Assembly (NCBI GenBank): GCA_035702105.1 | Contig: DASSQZ010000235.1 | Span: forward strand, 2,549-66,548 | Direction: 5' to 3' | Source of the DNA: Myxococcales bacterium | GTDB lineage: Bacteria > Myxococcota > Myxococcia > Myxococcales > 40CM-4-68-19 | Length of the DNA: 64,000 nt | In this document: positions 37,917 through 46,698 of the stretch, in pieces | How the letters are laid out: the number at the start of each line of letters is the position of its first letter | Numbering within the stretch: the first letter of the stretch is position 1 | Translations under genes and position numbers: made by a program | The notes under the pieces: model-generated | Seen by the model: only the letters and a program-made list of their open reading frames with translations | What the model was told of the DNA's origin: nothing | Database searches by the model: none

Positions 37917-38438
37917 ATGCGCCATCCCTTCTTCCTTCTTCCGTTGCGTGCGCGATGGGTCCTCCTCGCGCTCATGCTGGCGCTCTTCCTCTTCACCGCG
38001 ATGAAAGCGGACGGCGGCATCCGCAAGAAGAAGCTGGGATCGATCGTCGACCTGGAACTGGCGGGCACGCGGGCCCGGGCAGAGGCCGTCCTCGCGCGCT
38101 GGCGCGAGAACGGCGCGATCGCGGGAGCGGTCGCAGGCGTCCATTGGGACTTCCTCTTCATCGTCGCTTATTCGTGCGGGCTCTCCCTCCTCTGCACGAT
38201 GGCGGCCGGCGCCAGGGCCGGCCTCTGGGCGCGAGCGGGGAACGGCCTCGCCTGGGCAGCCACGCTCGCCGGGGCCTGCGACGTGGTGGAAAACGGCGGA
38301 CTCCTGGCCATGCTGTCCGGAACCGTGGCGCAGCCGGTGCCCGCGGCCACTGCGGCATTCGCCGCGGTCAAATTCACGCTCGCCGCCGCCGCCCTGGCTT
38401 ACGCCATTGCCGGCCCGGTGGTGTGCGCGTGGAGGTAG
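37917..38438 (+). CDS. Small integral membrane protein (about 4 TM), unknown function
   Basis: 173 aa. Starts 5 nt after the patatin stop. Hydrophobic segments throughout. No motif recognised. Confidence 0.6.
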   Translation: MRHPFFLLPLRARWVLLALMLALFLFTAMKADGGIRKKKLGSIVDLELAGTRARAEAVLARWRENGAIAGAVAGVHWDFLFIVAYSCGLSLLCTMAAGARAGLWARAGNGLAWAATLAGACDVVENGGLLAMLSGTVAQPVPAATAAFAAVKFTLAAAALAYAIAGPVVCAWR

Positions 38439-38481
38439 TGGCCGAAGGCAGGCGCCGGCGGCGACCCGCCGGGCCGAAGCT

Positions 38482-39774
38482 TCAGCGATCCTCCCGCGCA
38501 ATCCGCGCCTCGCCGCTGCGCACCAGGGCCGCGCGATAGACCACCGGGGCGATCAGCTCGTTGATTGCGACGCTGACGACAATCAGGGTTGCCGCCTCGC
38601 GAAGCTCGGGAAAGGTGCGACGGAACAGCAGCGCAAGGGCCAGGGCAAGCCCCGCCTGGGGAAGCATTCCTGCTCCCGCGAACCGCTGTACGCTCGGCTC
38701 CGCACCGCCTGCGCGGGCCCCCAGCCGCGTGAGCACCAGGAAGGACAATGCGCGAAGCGCCACCAGCACCACCGCCGCCGCGCCGATCGACGGCAACGCA
38801 CCGAGCTCGATGCCTGCGCCGGTGAGGGAAAAGAACGCGACGTAGACCGGCAGGGAGGCGGTGCTGATCTCGCGGTGGAGCCGGTCGGCGGTGGCGCTGG
38901 CGTTGCGGACCGTCATCCCGGCTCCGAGGCCGAGCAAGAGCGGATCCAGCTCGATACGTTGTCCGATCTCGGCGAGCACGAAGCAGACCACGACGATGAA
39001 CAAGGCGCCACCGCCCTCGATCTTCGCCAGGTACAGCGAAATGAGGGCACCCACCGCCACTCCGATGCCGGCGGAGCCGAGCAGCTCCCATGCAAGCCGC
39101 AGCGCGGTGTCGGCCGCATCCGCGGATCCGCCCAGGGCGGACTTCGCGAAGAGCGATGCCGCCGCGAAGAGGACGATGAGGAGGAGATCGGAGAGCACGA
39201 CGACGGCAAGGACCGTTTTCGAGACTGGACCGTCCGCCGAGAGCTCGTCGCGGAGCGCGACGACGACGGCCGGCGATTGCGCCGCCATGGTGACGCCCAG
39301 CACCACCGCGACGGCGACCGCCGACCCGGGTGGCAGGGAGGTGAGGAACGGCAGCCATCCTCTTCCCGCCCAGGCTGTGGCGGAGATGCAGGCGGCCGTG
39401 CCGAGCACGCCCACGAGGCAGATCGCCACCACCACCTTGATGCGGGGGCGCAATTCCCGCAGGTCGATGTCGCTGCCTGCCGTCAAGGCGATGAGGGCGA
39501 TCGCCACGCCGTTGAAGACGCGCAAGTTGCGGACCATCGGATCGGAGACGAAACCGACGACCTGCGGTCCCGCGACCAGGCCGGCGACGAGATAGCCGGT
39601 CAAACGCGGCAGTCCGATCTGCTTCACCGTCTCGCCGAAGAGAAAGCCGGCCAGCAGCAGAAAGCCGCAGGCGAGGGCAGTTCCCGCGGCGGCGCTGCCG
39701 ATTCCTGGTTGAGGGGCGAAGGATCGCGCAGCGTGCATCAGTCCGCAGAGAAGGACGAGCAGGAGAAGCCTCAC
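38482..39774 (-). CDS. Cation:proton antiporter (CPA/Kef-NapA-like Na_H exchanger fold)
   Basis: 430 aa from GTG 39774 (VRLLLLVLLCGLMHAARS). ..LPRLTGYLVAGLVAGPQVVGFV.. is typical of CPA2 N-termini. 10-12 TM. The start overlaps the stop of the upstream gene (GTGA, 39771-39774). No KTN/TrkA domain. Confidence 0.8.
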   Translation of the reverse strand: MRLLLLVLLCGLMHAARSFAPQPGIGSAAAGTALACGFLLLAGFLFGETVKQIGLPRLTGYLVAGLVAGPQVVGFVSDPMVRNLRVFNGVAIALIALTAGSDIDLRELRPRIKVVVAICLVGVLGTAACISATAWAGRGWLPFLTSLPPGSAVAVAVVLGVTMAAQSPAVVVALRDELSADGPVSKTVLAVVVLSDLLLIVLFAAASLFAKSALGGSADAADTALRLAWELLGSAGIGVAVGALISLYLAKIEGGGALFIVVVCFVLAEIGQRIELDPLLLGLGAGMTVRNASATADRLHREISTASLPVYVAFFSLTGAGIELGALPSIGAAAVVLVALRALSFLVLTRLGARAGGAEPSVQRFAGAGMLPQAGLALALALLFRRTFPELREAATLIVVSVAINELIAPVVYRAALVRSGEARIAREDR

Positions 39775-41021
39775 GGCGCGAATCCCGCCGCCGCGCGCAG
39801 GGTGGCCTGCGCGACGATCTCGGTCAGCATGGTGCCGCCGATCACGGCGGTGACGATCCACGGGATGCTCGGTCCGAAATACAGGTCCTGCGCAGTGACG
39901 ACCACGGCGATGGACAGGGCCCCCATCGGCGCAACCGGTAGCTCCCAGGGGGCGCTCGCGGCCTCGCCTTCGATGACGACCAGCGGTCGGACTCGCTGCG
40001 CCAGCCAGCGGCCCGCGACCCGCGCCACGAAGAAGACGACCATGAGCGTCCACCCTTGCCATGCGCGCACCTGCCAGAGGGCTCCGGCAATGGCAAGAAA
40101 CACCAGGTAGACGGGCCTCTCGAGATGGCCGAGCGCCAGGCGCGCGGGTTCCTTCCAGCGTCCGGGAAGATTGGCGAGGATCGCGCCCGCGATGAAGCAG
40201 ACCGCGACCGGTGAGAGACGAAGATAGCTCGCGGTTCCCGCGGTGAAGCAGATCGAGCCGAGCAGGAGAACGATGAACTCCCGCTCGACGCGTGCGACCG
40301 AGACGATGCCGTAGACCACCAGGCCGACCGCGACGCCCATCCCGACGGTGATGAAGAGCCAGGCCGTGCCCGGAAGCTGCCATGCCACCGTCGCCTCGGG
40401 TGGCCTGAAATAGGCTCCGATGAGCAGGACTCCCAGGACGGCGGCGAGCTCCTCGAGCTGCAGCACCAGGCGCGTCCGCTCGACCGCGGCGTCGTCGGCA
40501 CCGCGCAGCCTGAGGAGATCGGCGCTTCCGCGCGCGGCCATGCTGCCGGCGGTTCCGAGGAGCAGCGCATCCCGCAGGAACGACGCGCCGGAGAGCCCGG
40601 TCGTGCGCGAGAGCAAAATCAAGGCGGCCCCGACGATGAGAACGAAAGGTGCGGCGATTGCCAGTGCCGCGACCCGGACCGCCGAGCGGGACAACCCCTG
40701 GAGCGCGCTGGCCTCGAAGCGGTACCCGACGACGAATCCGATCCATCCGAGACCGATGGGAAGAATGGGCCGGATTTCGTACAGCACCGCGTCGCTGAGG
40801 ATGCCGACGGCGGGAAGGGAAGCGACGAGCCCGACGAGCACGAACCCGAATCCCGCCGCCACCACCTCGGAGAGCAGCAGCTTGCGCTCGAGCTGCTGGA
40901 TGCGTCGATGCCCCGCCAGATAGGCGAGGGCGAGGATGCCGACCAGTCCCGCGATGATCTTGACGACCTGTAGCCGCTCGAAAGACGGCGGTACCACGTC
41001 GGCGGCGACGGCCAGTCCCAT
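39771..41021 (-). CDS. Second, more divergent cation:proton antiporter-like membrane protein
   Basis: 416 aa from ATG 41021 (MGLAVAADVV); GTG 41033 is an alternative start. Polytopic, same general layout as the downstream gene. The listed 908-aa ORF is an artefactual upstream extension through chrA. Confidence 0.65.
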   Translation of the reverse strand: MGLAVAADVVPPSFERLQVVKIIAGLVGILALAYLAGHRRIQQLERKLLLSEVVAAGFGFVLVGLVASLPAVGILSDAVLYEIRPILPIGLGWIGFVVGYRFEASALQGLSRSAVRVAALAIAAPFVLIVGAALILLSRTTGLSGASFLRDALLLGTAGSMAARGSADLLRLRGADDAAVERTRLVLQLEELAAVLGVLLIGAYFRPPEATVAWQLPGTAWLFITVGMGVAVGLVVYGIVSVARVEREFIVLLLGSICFTAGTASYLRLSPVAVCFIAGAILANLPGRWKEPARLALGHLERPVYLVFLAIAGALWQVRAWQGWTLMVVFFVARVAGRWLAQRVRPLVVIEGEAASAPWELPVAPMGALSIAVVVTAQDLYFGPSIPWIVTAVIGGTMLTEIVAQATLRAAAGFAP

Positions 41022-41044
41022 GACGAAGCTCACGATCCGGGTGC

Positions 41045-42436
41045 CTACAACCCCATCGTCCTCAGGGCAAAGCGCGCGAGTCCGGCGACGAGGAGGACGA
41101 CCGCGGGATTCAGTTCGAAGCGCGAAAGCGTCAGCGTGACCGCAGCCGCAAGGCCGATCTCCGCATCGCCGTTCAACGTTCCTCCCAGCGTCACGGCGGC
41201 GGCCGCCATCAGTCCGAGAACGGCCGGCGTGAGGCCGCGCAGGGCGGAACGGACGGGCCGCCTCGAGCGCAGGCGATCGAGCCAGGTGCCTGCCATCACC
41301 ACGAGCCCGAACGGCGCGGCGAAGATGGCGACGGTCGCGACGAGCGCGCCGATCGGCCCCTGCTGGACGTAACCGATGAACGTCGCGAGCAGGAGCACCG
41401 GACCGGGAGTGAGCTTGCCGATCGCCACCGCATCGGCGAACTGCCGCGTCGTCAGCCAGTGATTGCGTTCCATCACCAGCTTCAGGTGCGGCACGATCGC
41501 AAAGCCCCCGCCGTACGAACCGAGGCCGGTTCGAAAGAAGACGGTGGCCGACCGGGCGAGCTCTCGCCAATTCATTGCGATTGCGCCGGTGGCGGCGATT
41601 GCGAGGACCACCGTGAGCGAGGAAACGCGCAGCCCGCCATCGCGCGGTGGCGCCGGCGGGCGGTGTTCCGGCAAGCTTGCTTCTTCGGGAAGGCTGAGTG
41701 GATGGCGCTGCCGCGCAAGCCGGGCGCGCTTCGTCCCGAGGTCGACGGCGATTCCGGTCACGATACTGAGCAGCGCCACCTCTCCAGGAGGAGCGTTTCC
41801 GGCCACGGTCATGAAGAGCGCGCCCGCGGCCACCGCCATTTGCCACAGGCGGCCAACGCTGGTCCTCACCATCTTGATGGTGATGGCAGCGATGATCCCG
41901 ACGACTGCCGCATTGAATCCGCCCAGGATCGTTTCGACGTCCGGCGTGGTTCCGAAATGAACGTACGCCCAGGCGAGCCCCATCACGCACGCCCAGCCCG
42001 GGAAGATGAAGCCTGCGTAGGCTGCCAGCGCGCCTCGCGCGCCGTGGAAGCGCAGGCCGATGTACGCGAGCGCATTTGCGGCGGCGCCCCCCGGCAGCAT
42101 CTGGGAGACGGTGACGGTGTTCGCGAACTCGCGTTCCGTGAGCCATCGGCGCCGCTCGACCACGAGCGCGCGGATGTTCGCGAGAACGCTCAGGCCACCG
42201 CCGAACCCGAGAACTCCCAGCCACAGGGACGCGCGGACAATCCGCTGCAGCGCCGGCCGTGTGCGGGCCGGCTCCGTACGACTTGTCAGGGGAATCTGGA
42301 CGGTTGCGGGCAGTCTCTCTCCGGCGTGGGAAAGAGTGACAAGCAACGCAGAGGCCAGGAGCGCGGACCGCGTCAAGGGAGCTGCCTGCGCCCTCGGTGG
42401 CGCGTGGCAATTCGCGACATCGTCGCAATCTGCCAC
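41045..42436 (-). CDS. chrA: Chromate ion transporter ChrA (bipartite CHR), copy 1
   Basis: Two CHR halves, each with the (L)G...FGGG signature (WLGVLGFGGGLSV and FFRTGLGSYGGGFAIVP) and the W(L)T..EF / W(L)T..QF blocks. The ~60-aa N-terminal extension from GTG 42436 is doubtful. Codon third positions are visibly less GC-rich than in copy 2. Confidence 0.8.
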   Translation of the reverse strand: MADCDDVANCHAPPRAQAAPLTRSALLASALLVTLSHAGERLPATVQIPLTSRTEPARTRPALQRIVRASLWLGVLGFGGGLSVLANIRALVVERRRWLTEREFANTVTVSQMLPGGAAANALAYIGLRFHGARGALAAYAGFIFPGWACVMGLAWAYVHFGTTPDVETILGGFNAAVVGIIAAITIKMVRTSVGRLWQMAVAAGALFMTVAGNAPPGEVALLSIVTGIAVDLGTKRARLARQRHPLSLPEEASLPEHRPPAPPRDGGLRVSSLTVVLAIAATGAIAMNWRELARSATVFFRTGLGSYGGGFAIVPHLKLVMERNHWLTTRQFADAVAIGKLTPGPVLLLATFIGYVQQGPIGALVATVAIFAAPFGLVVMAGTWLDRLRSRRPVRSALRGLTPAVLGLMAAAAVTLGGTLNGDAEIGLAAAVTLTLSRFELNPAVVLLVAGLARFALRTMGL

Positions 42437-42609
42437 GCCCCCCGGGGCCGCCGGTCACGTCCCATTCGAGCACTTCCGGCGGGCATGCCCCATGCACTCT
42501 GCCGCAGCGCTAGCGCGACCTGGTCCTCGCGCTTCTGGCTGGCGCGCCAGTTCCCCCGCGCTGACGGCCGCCGTGCGGCGAACATGACTCCCGCCGCACG
42601 GCGACTGCC

Positions 42610-43368
42610 CTATGGCGCAGCCGCGACCGGAAACGCGAGCGCCACTTCGAGTTCGTGCGCTTTCTCTTGCAGCAGGCGCGTGTTGCGAGGACCCATCCGC
42701 AAGAGATGCTTCTCGATCGGGCCGAGGGCTTCGAGCTTCGCGTCGACGAAGTGGTACACGGCGCCGCGCTTGCGCAAAGGAACGGAGCCCTCCACGAGCG
42801 GCGCGCGCTGAATGCGCTGGAGAGCGGCGACGAGAAGCTCCCGGAAGCTCTTTTCGCGATAGCCGACCTGCTCCCAGGCGGCGTCGAGCCATGGCAAGAG
42901 CGTACGCACCTTCTCCGCCACTGGAGCTGCATCGATGCTGGCGATCATCGTTGCGAACCGGTCGAAACGTGAATAGCTCCGGGGCCCCATCGTTGACGTC
43001 CCTGCGGTCGCAGAGGCAAACGACCGCGCCGGCTGCGCGAATTCGAGGGGATCCCTCGGGCATGCGTCGTCGGCGATATTCGCGACGGCGAGGACGATCC
43101 TCGTCAGCAGATCGGTATGCCGCAGCCAGGACTGCCCACGCCCCGCGACGGGCCGCAGGAGCTCGCGGATCCGCGCGTCGCTCTCGGACACGGGCGGGAG
43201 CGGCGCCAGAGAGGTGCGTGGGGGCATCGGGTGGACGACGCGAACCGCCTCGGATGAGGCGCGGGTCAGGCTCTGGTCGAGAATGCGCACGGCGGCAAGC
43301 ACCCCGACGAATGCGATGCCCGCAGCGCCGAACATCGGCAACCGGGATGACGCCATCCTCACTCCCAT
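42610..43368 (-). CDS. DUF3014-like membrane-anchored protein
   Basis: 252 aa from MGVRMASSRLPMFGAAGIAFVGVLAAV (ATG 43368). One N-terminal TM. The C-terminal ..YHFVDAKLEALGPIEKHLLRMGPRNTRLL.. resembles my recollection of DUF3014. Confidence 0.5.
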   Translation of the reverse strand: MGVRMASSRLPMFGAAGIAFVGVLAAVRILDQSLTRASSEAVRVVHPMPPRTSLAPLPPVSESDARIRELLRPVAGRGQSWLRHTDLLTRIVLAVANIADDACPRDPLEFAQPARSFASATAGTSTMGPRSYSRFDRFATMIASIDAAPVAEKVRTLLPWLDAAWEQVGYREKSFRELLVAALQRIQRAPLVEGSVPLRKRGAVYHFVDAKLEALGPIEKHLLRMGPRNTRLLQEKAHELEVALAFPVAAAP

Positions 43369-43420
43369 CGTCCTCTCCCGAGTCGTTCCTCTTGCGAGCC
43401 GCATGCCGGGGACCGAGGGT

Positions 43421-43436
43421 GGGAGCGAAGGTTGCA
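43421..43436 (+). promoter_or_regulatory. Candidate sigma-54 (-24/-12) promoter upstream of the kinase-regulator pair
   Basis: gGGagcgaaggTTGCA: GG (43422-43423), N10, GC (43434-43435), with a perfect TTGCA -12 element. About 65 nt upstream of ATG 43501. The -24 half is weak. Confidence 0.25.
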
Positions 43437-43500
43437 GGGAAGTCGCTGATGCGCTGCGCATGTGGCGACGAGCGTCCACTCTCTGCATGATCGGGCGGCC

Positions 43501-44949
43501 ATGAATCTGACCCGCAAATTCATCCTCGCGCTCACGCTCGCAATGCTCGGAGTTCTCGCGTTGAGCGCTGCCATCCGGATCCGCCGCGACTTGCGCAGAT
43601 TCGACAGCCAGCGCCGCGCCTCGAATCACCTGCTCGGCCGCGCGGTGGCCGGCGCGGCATCCCGGATCTGGGCCACGGTGGGATTGAAGCAGGCTCTCGA
43701 TCTGGTCGCCGATGCGAATGAGCGGGAGAGCGCGATCAGCCTCCGGTGGGTCTGGCTCGACGCGTCCGCCGGCGATCCGCATGCCCCCGATCTCGACGTC
43801 GAGCGCGTCCGGGCGCTTGCACCAAGCGCAGACGTGCGCGCGCGGACTCCGTCGGGCCGGGCCGTCTACACCTACGAGTCGATCCCGGGTGGCAGGCCGG
43901 CGGCCCTGGAGCTGAAGCAGTCGCTCGCCGACGAAGAGGCGCACGTGCGGGATGCGCTGCTGCAGGCAGTGCTCGTCACCCTGGCGCTCGCCGTCGTCTG
44001 CGGACTCCTCATTGCGGCGCTCGTGCACCTGCTGATCGGCAGGCCGATGCGCCTGCTCGTCGAGAAAGCGCGGCGCGTCGGCAGGGGAGATCTGACGGGA
44101 GACCTTCACCTTCCACAGCGCGACGAAGTCTCCGAGCTGGCGGGGGAGATGAACCGGATGTGCGCGCGGCTCGCCGAGATGCAGCTGCGTGCCTCGCAGG
44201 AAACGGAGGCCCGGCTGCAGGCGCTGGACCAGCTCCGGCACGCCGACCGCCTCACTACCGTGGGAAGGCTCGGCGCGGGCCTCGCGCACGAGTTGGGCAC
44301 GCCGCTCAACGTGATCAGCGGCCGCGCCGAGATCGTTCTCAGAACGGGCGTGGACCAATCTCCGCTGGTCCAGTCGAGCGCCAGGGTCATCCTCGATCAG
44401 GCGGCGAAGATGACCGACATCCTCCACCAGCTCCTCGACTTCGCCCGCCGCCGGCCGGCACAGAAACTGGCCACCCACCTTGCGTCGGTGACGCGCCAGG
44501 CGGTCATGCTGCTCGATGCGCTCGCGCGGAAAAGAGGTGTTCGCCTTTCCCTCGAGGAGGGCAGGGACGCCGAAGTCCATGTCGATGCCGCGCAGATGCA
44601 GCAGGCTCTCGCGAATCTGATCGTCAACGCCATCGACGCGATGCCCGCAGGGGGCGCCGTGACTGTGTCGGTAGGGCGGGAGCACGCGCGCGCCCCGGCG
44701 GACGCGGGCGGCATCGAGGCCGACTGCGCGCGGATCGACGTCGTCGATCGTGGCGAGGGTATCGCCCCTGAAACGCTGCCGCACATCTTCGAGCCGTTCT
44801 TCACCACCAAGAAGGTCGGAGAAGGAACGGGCCTCGGGCTCTCGGTGGCGTACGGCATCGTCAAGGAACACAAGGGGTGGATCCAGGTGGACAGCGCGCC
44901 CGGAAACGGCAGCCGGTTCTCCATCTTCCTTCCTGCGGAGGCGGCGTGA
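43501..44949 (+). CDS. Sensor histidine kinase (2 TM, periplasmic domain, HAMP, HisKA, HATPase_c)
   Basis: 482 aa from MNLTRKF. H-box GAGLAHELGTPLNVI. N, G1 and G2 boxes (LIVNAIDAM, DRGEGI, GTGLGLSV). Confidence 0.85.
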   Translation: MNLTRKFILALTLAMLGVLALSAAIRIRRDLRRFDSQRRASNHLLGRAVAGAASRIWATVGLKQALDLVADANERESAISLRWVWLDASAGDPHAPDLDVERVRALAPSADVRARTPSGRAVYTYESIPGGRPAALELKQSLADEEAHVRDALLQAVLVTLALAVVCGLLIAALVHLLIGRPMRLLVEKARRVGRGDLTGDLHLPQRDEVSELAGEMNRMCARLAEMQLRASQETEARLQALDQLRHADRLTTVGRLGAGLAHELGTPLNVISGRAEIVLRTGVDQSPLVQSSARVILDQAAKMTDILHQLLDFARRRPAQKLATHLASVTRQAVMLLDALARKRGVRLSLEEGRDAEVHVDAAQMQQALANLIVNAIDAMPAGGAVTVSVGREHARAPADAGGIEADCARIDVVDRGEGIAPETLPHIFEPFFTTKKVGEGTGLGLSVAYGIVKEHKGWIQVDSAPGNGSRFSIFLPAEAA

Positions 44950-46310
44950 ACTCGAGGGCGCTCGTGGTCGATGACGACACCGAGATGGTGTCAATGCTCG
45001 AGGTTGGACTCTCGTCGTGCGGCATCCAGGTCACCCCGTGCACGACCGGTCGAGCCGCGCTCGACGAGATCGCCGCGCATGAATTCGACGTCGTGGTCAC
45101 CGACTTGAACATGCGGGGGATGAGCGGGATCGAGCTCTGCGAGCACATTTGCGCCAGCCGGCCGAACCTGCCGGTCGTCGTGATCACGGCGTTCGGCTCG
45201 CTCGACACCGCGGTCGGGGCACTCAGGGCCGGCGCATACGACTTCATCGCCAAGCCATTCCAGCTCGACGTGCTGCGGCTGACGTTGGAGCGCGCGGTGC
45301 GGCACCGCGCCCTCCGGAACGAGCTGAAGGTCCTGCGCTCGGCCCTGTCTACGACCCGCCGCTTCGAGGAGTTGCTGGGAAACAGCCCGGCGATGCGCCG
45401 TGTCTACGACACGCTGACGCGGATCGGCGATGCGGATGCGAGCGTGTTGGTCACCGGTGAAAGCGGCACGGGCAAGGAACTCGTCGCGCGGGCGCTCCAT
45501 CACTGCAGCAGACGGAGCCGCGGACCCTTCGTCGCGGTCAACTGTGCCGCGGTTCCCGAGGCGCTGCTGGAGAGCGAACTCTTCGGTCACGCGCGCGGGG
45601 CGTTCACGGACGCGAAGGCCGCCAAGGATGGCCTCTTCCTGCAGGCGAACGGTGGCACCCTCCTCCTCGACGAGATCGCCGAGTTGCCGCTGGGTCTGCA
45701 ACCGAAGCTGCTCCGGGCACTGCAGGAGCGCACGGTGCGGCCGGTCGGCGCCGACCGCGAGATTCCCTTCGACGTCCGGCTCGTCACCGCGACGAACCGG
45801 GACCTGGAGTCGGCCGTCGAGGAGAGACGGTTCCGGGAGGATCTCTTCTATCGCGTGAACGTCATCCACGTGGCGCTGCCTCCCCTGCGTGACCGCGGCA
45901 ACGACGTCCTGCTCCTGGCGCAGCACTTCCTCGAGCGCCTGGGCGGGCCGAAGGCGGGGCTGACCGGCATCTCCGCCGGGGCGGCCGCCAGGTTGCTGGC
46001 CTACTCATGGCCCGGGAACGTTCGCGAGTTGCACAACTGCATGGAGCGGGCGGTCGCCCTGGCGCGCTTTTCGGAGATCACCGTCGAAGATCTCCCTGAG
46101 CGCGTGCGCGACTACACGCCGGCACGCATCATCCCGGAGGGCGACGAACCGCTCGTCACCATGGAGGAGATGGAACGCAGGTACCTGTTGCGGGTCCTGG
46201 ATGGGGCGGGTGGGAACAAGACGCTGGCCGCCCAGATCCTCGGCCTGGACAGGGCGACGCTCTACCGCAAGCTGGAGAGGTACCTGAGGCTCAAGCCCGC
46301 TGACGTCTGA
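44946..46310 (+). CDS. Sigma-54-dependent response regulator (NtrC family enhancer-binding protein)
   Basis: 454 aa from GTG 44946, overlapping the kinase stop (GTGA). Receiver domain (VVDDD...DLNM). AAA+ Walker A GESGTGKE and the sigma-54 contact motif ESELFGH. C-terminal Fis-type HTH (LAAQILGLDRATLYRKL). Confidence 0.9.
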   Translation: MNSRALVVDDDTEMVSMLEVGLSSCGIQVTPCTTGRAALDEIAAHEFDVVVTDLNMRGMSGIELCEHICASRPNLPVVVITAFGSLDTAVGALRAGAYDFIAKPFQLDVLRLTLERAVRHRALRNELKVLRSALSTTRRFEELLGNSPAMRRVYDTLTRIGDADASVLVTGESGTGKELVARALHHCSRRSRGPFVAVNCAAVPEALLESELFGHARGAFTDAKAAKDGLFLQANGGTLLLDEIAELPLGLQPKLLRALQERTVRPVGADREIPFDVRLVTATNRDLESAVEERRFREDLFYRVNVIHVALPPLRDRGNDVLLLAQHFLERLGGPKAGLTGISAGAAARLLAYSWPGNVRELHNCMERAVALARFSEITVEDLPERVRDYTPARIIPEGDEPLVTMEEMERRYLLRVLDGAGGNKTLAAQILGLDRATLYRKLERYLRLKPADV

Positions 46311-46322
46311 GCTCCGGCCACC

Positions 46323-46414
46323 CCTCCCGGGAGCCGCCGCGTCCTCCACGGGATCCTCGGCGACGCGAAGCCCGGGAGGTCGCTCCGGAAGAGGGACGAT
46401 CCTCCCGGGAGAGG
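46323..46414. repeat. Three copies of a CCTCCCGGGAG(G) palindromic motif forming alternative hairpins
   Basis: CCTCCCGGGAG at 46323-46333 and 46401-46411; CCCGGGAGG at 46371-46379. CTCCCGGGAG is itself a perfect 10-bp palindrome. The 46371-46383 / 46397-46409 arms pair over ~12 bp with one bulge. Lies between the convergent regulator gene and a minus-strand gene fragment. Confidence 0.4.
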
Positions 46415-46438
46415 TGTCGCGCCCGCCTACAGACCGCC

Positions 46439-46650
46439 TTAGCCTCCGCCGCCCCGGCCACCCCCGCCGCCCTGGACGGACGTGGTCTCGACCACCGAGT
46501 CGTTGCCCGGGTTGACGTCGAACTGCGCCGCCGCCGTCGCCGTCCAGGTGACGGTCGTCACGTAGTTCACGCGGAAGGCCTCGGTCACCGCCTGGCTGGT
46601 CCCCGGGAGCAGCACGAACGACCAGCTCCGCGGGAACGTCGGGATCGTTG
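46439..46650 (-). pseudogene. C-terminal gene fragment (beta-rich, ends in a Gly-rich tail), no credible N-terminus
   Basis: Frame ending at TAA 46439-46441 reads ..IPTFPRSWSFVLLPGTSQAVTEAFRVNYVTTVTWTATAAAQFDVNPGNDSVVETTSVQGGGGGRGGGG* with near-uniform G/C third positions. The only start is GTG 46615 (58 aa). The coding signal stops near 46650, where a plus-strand fragment begins. Confidence 0.4.
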
Positions 46651-46698
46651 CTCCGTTCGAATCGGGGCGCGTGGGGCGCCGAGACGAAGTCGGCCGTG

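Noticed and set aside
35951-38161. 736-aa ORF antisense to the patatin gene
   Set aside because: The plus-strand frame has the complete patatin catalytic motif set. The antisense translation is low-complexity.
36101-38438. Patatin gene as the effector of a CBASS-like or other known anti-phage system
   Set aside because: No cyclase, E1/E2, TIR, STING, SMODS or other sensor genes are adjacent. The flanks are a cytochrome c gene, a small membrane protein and antiporters.
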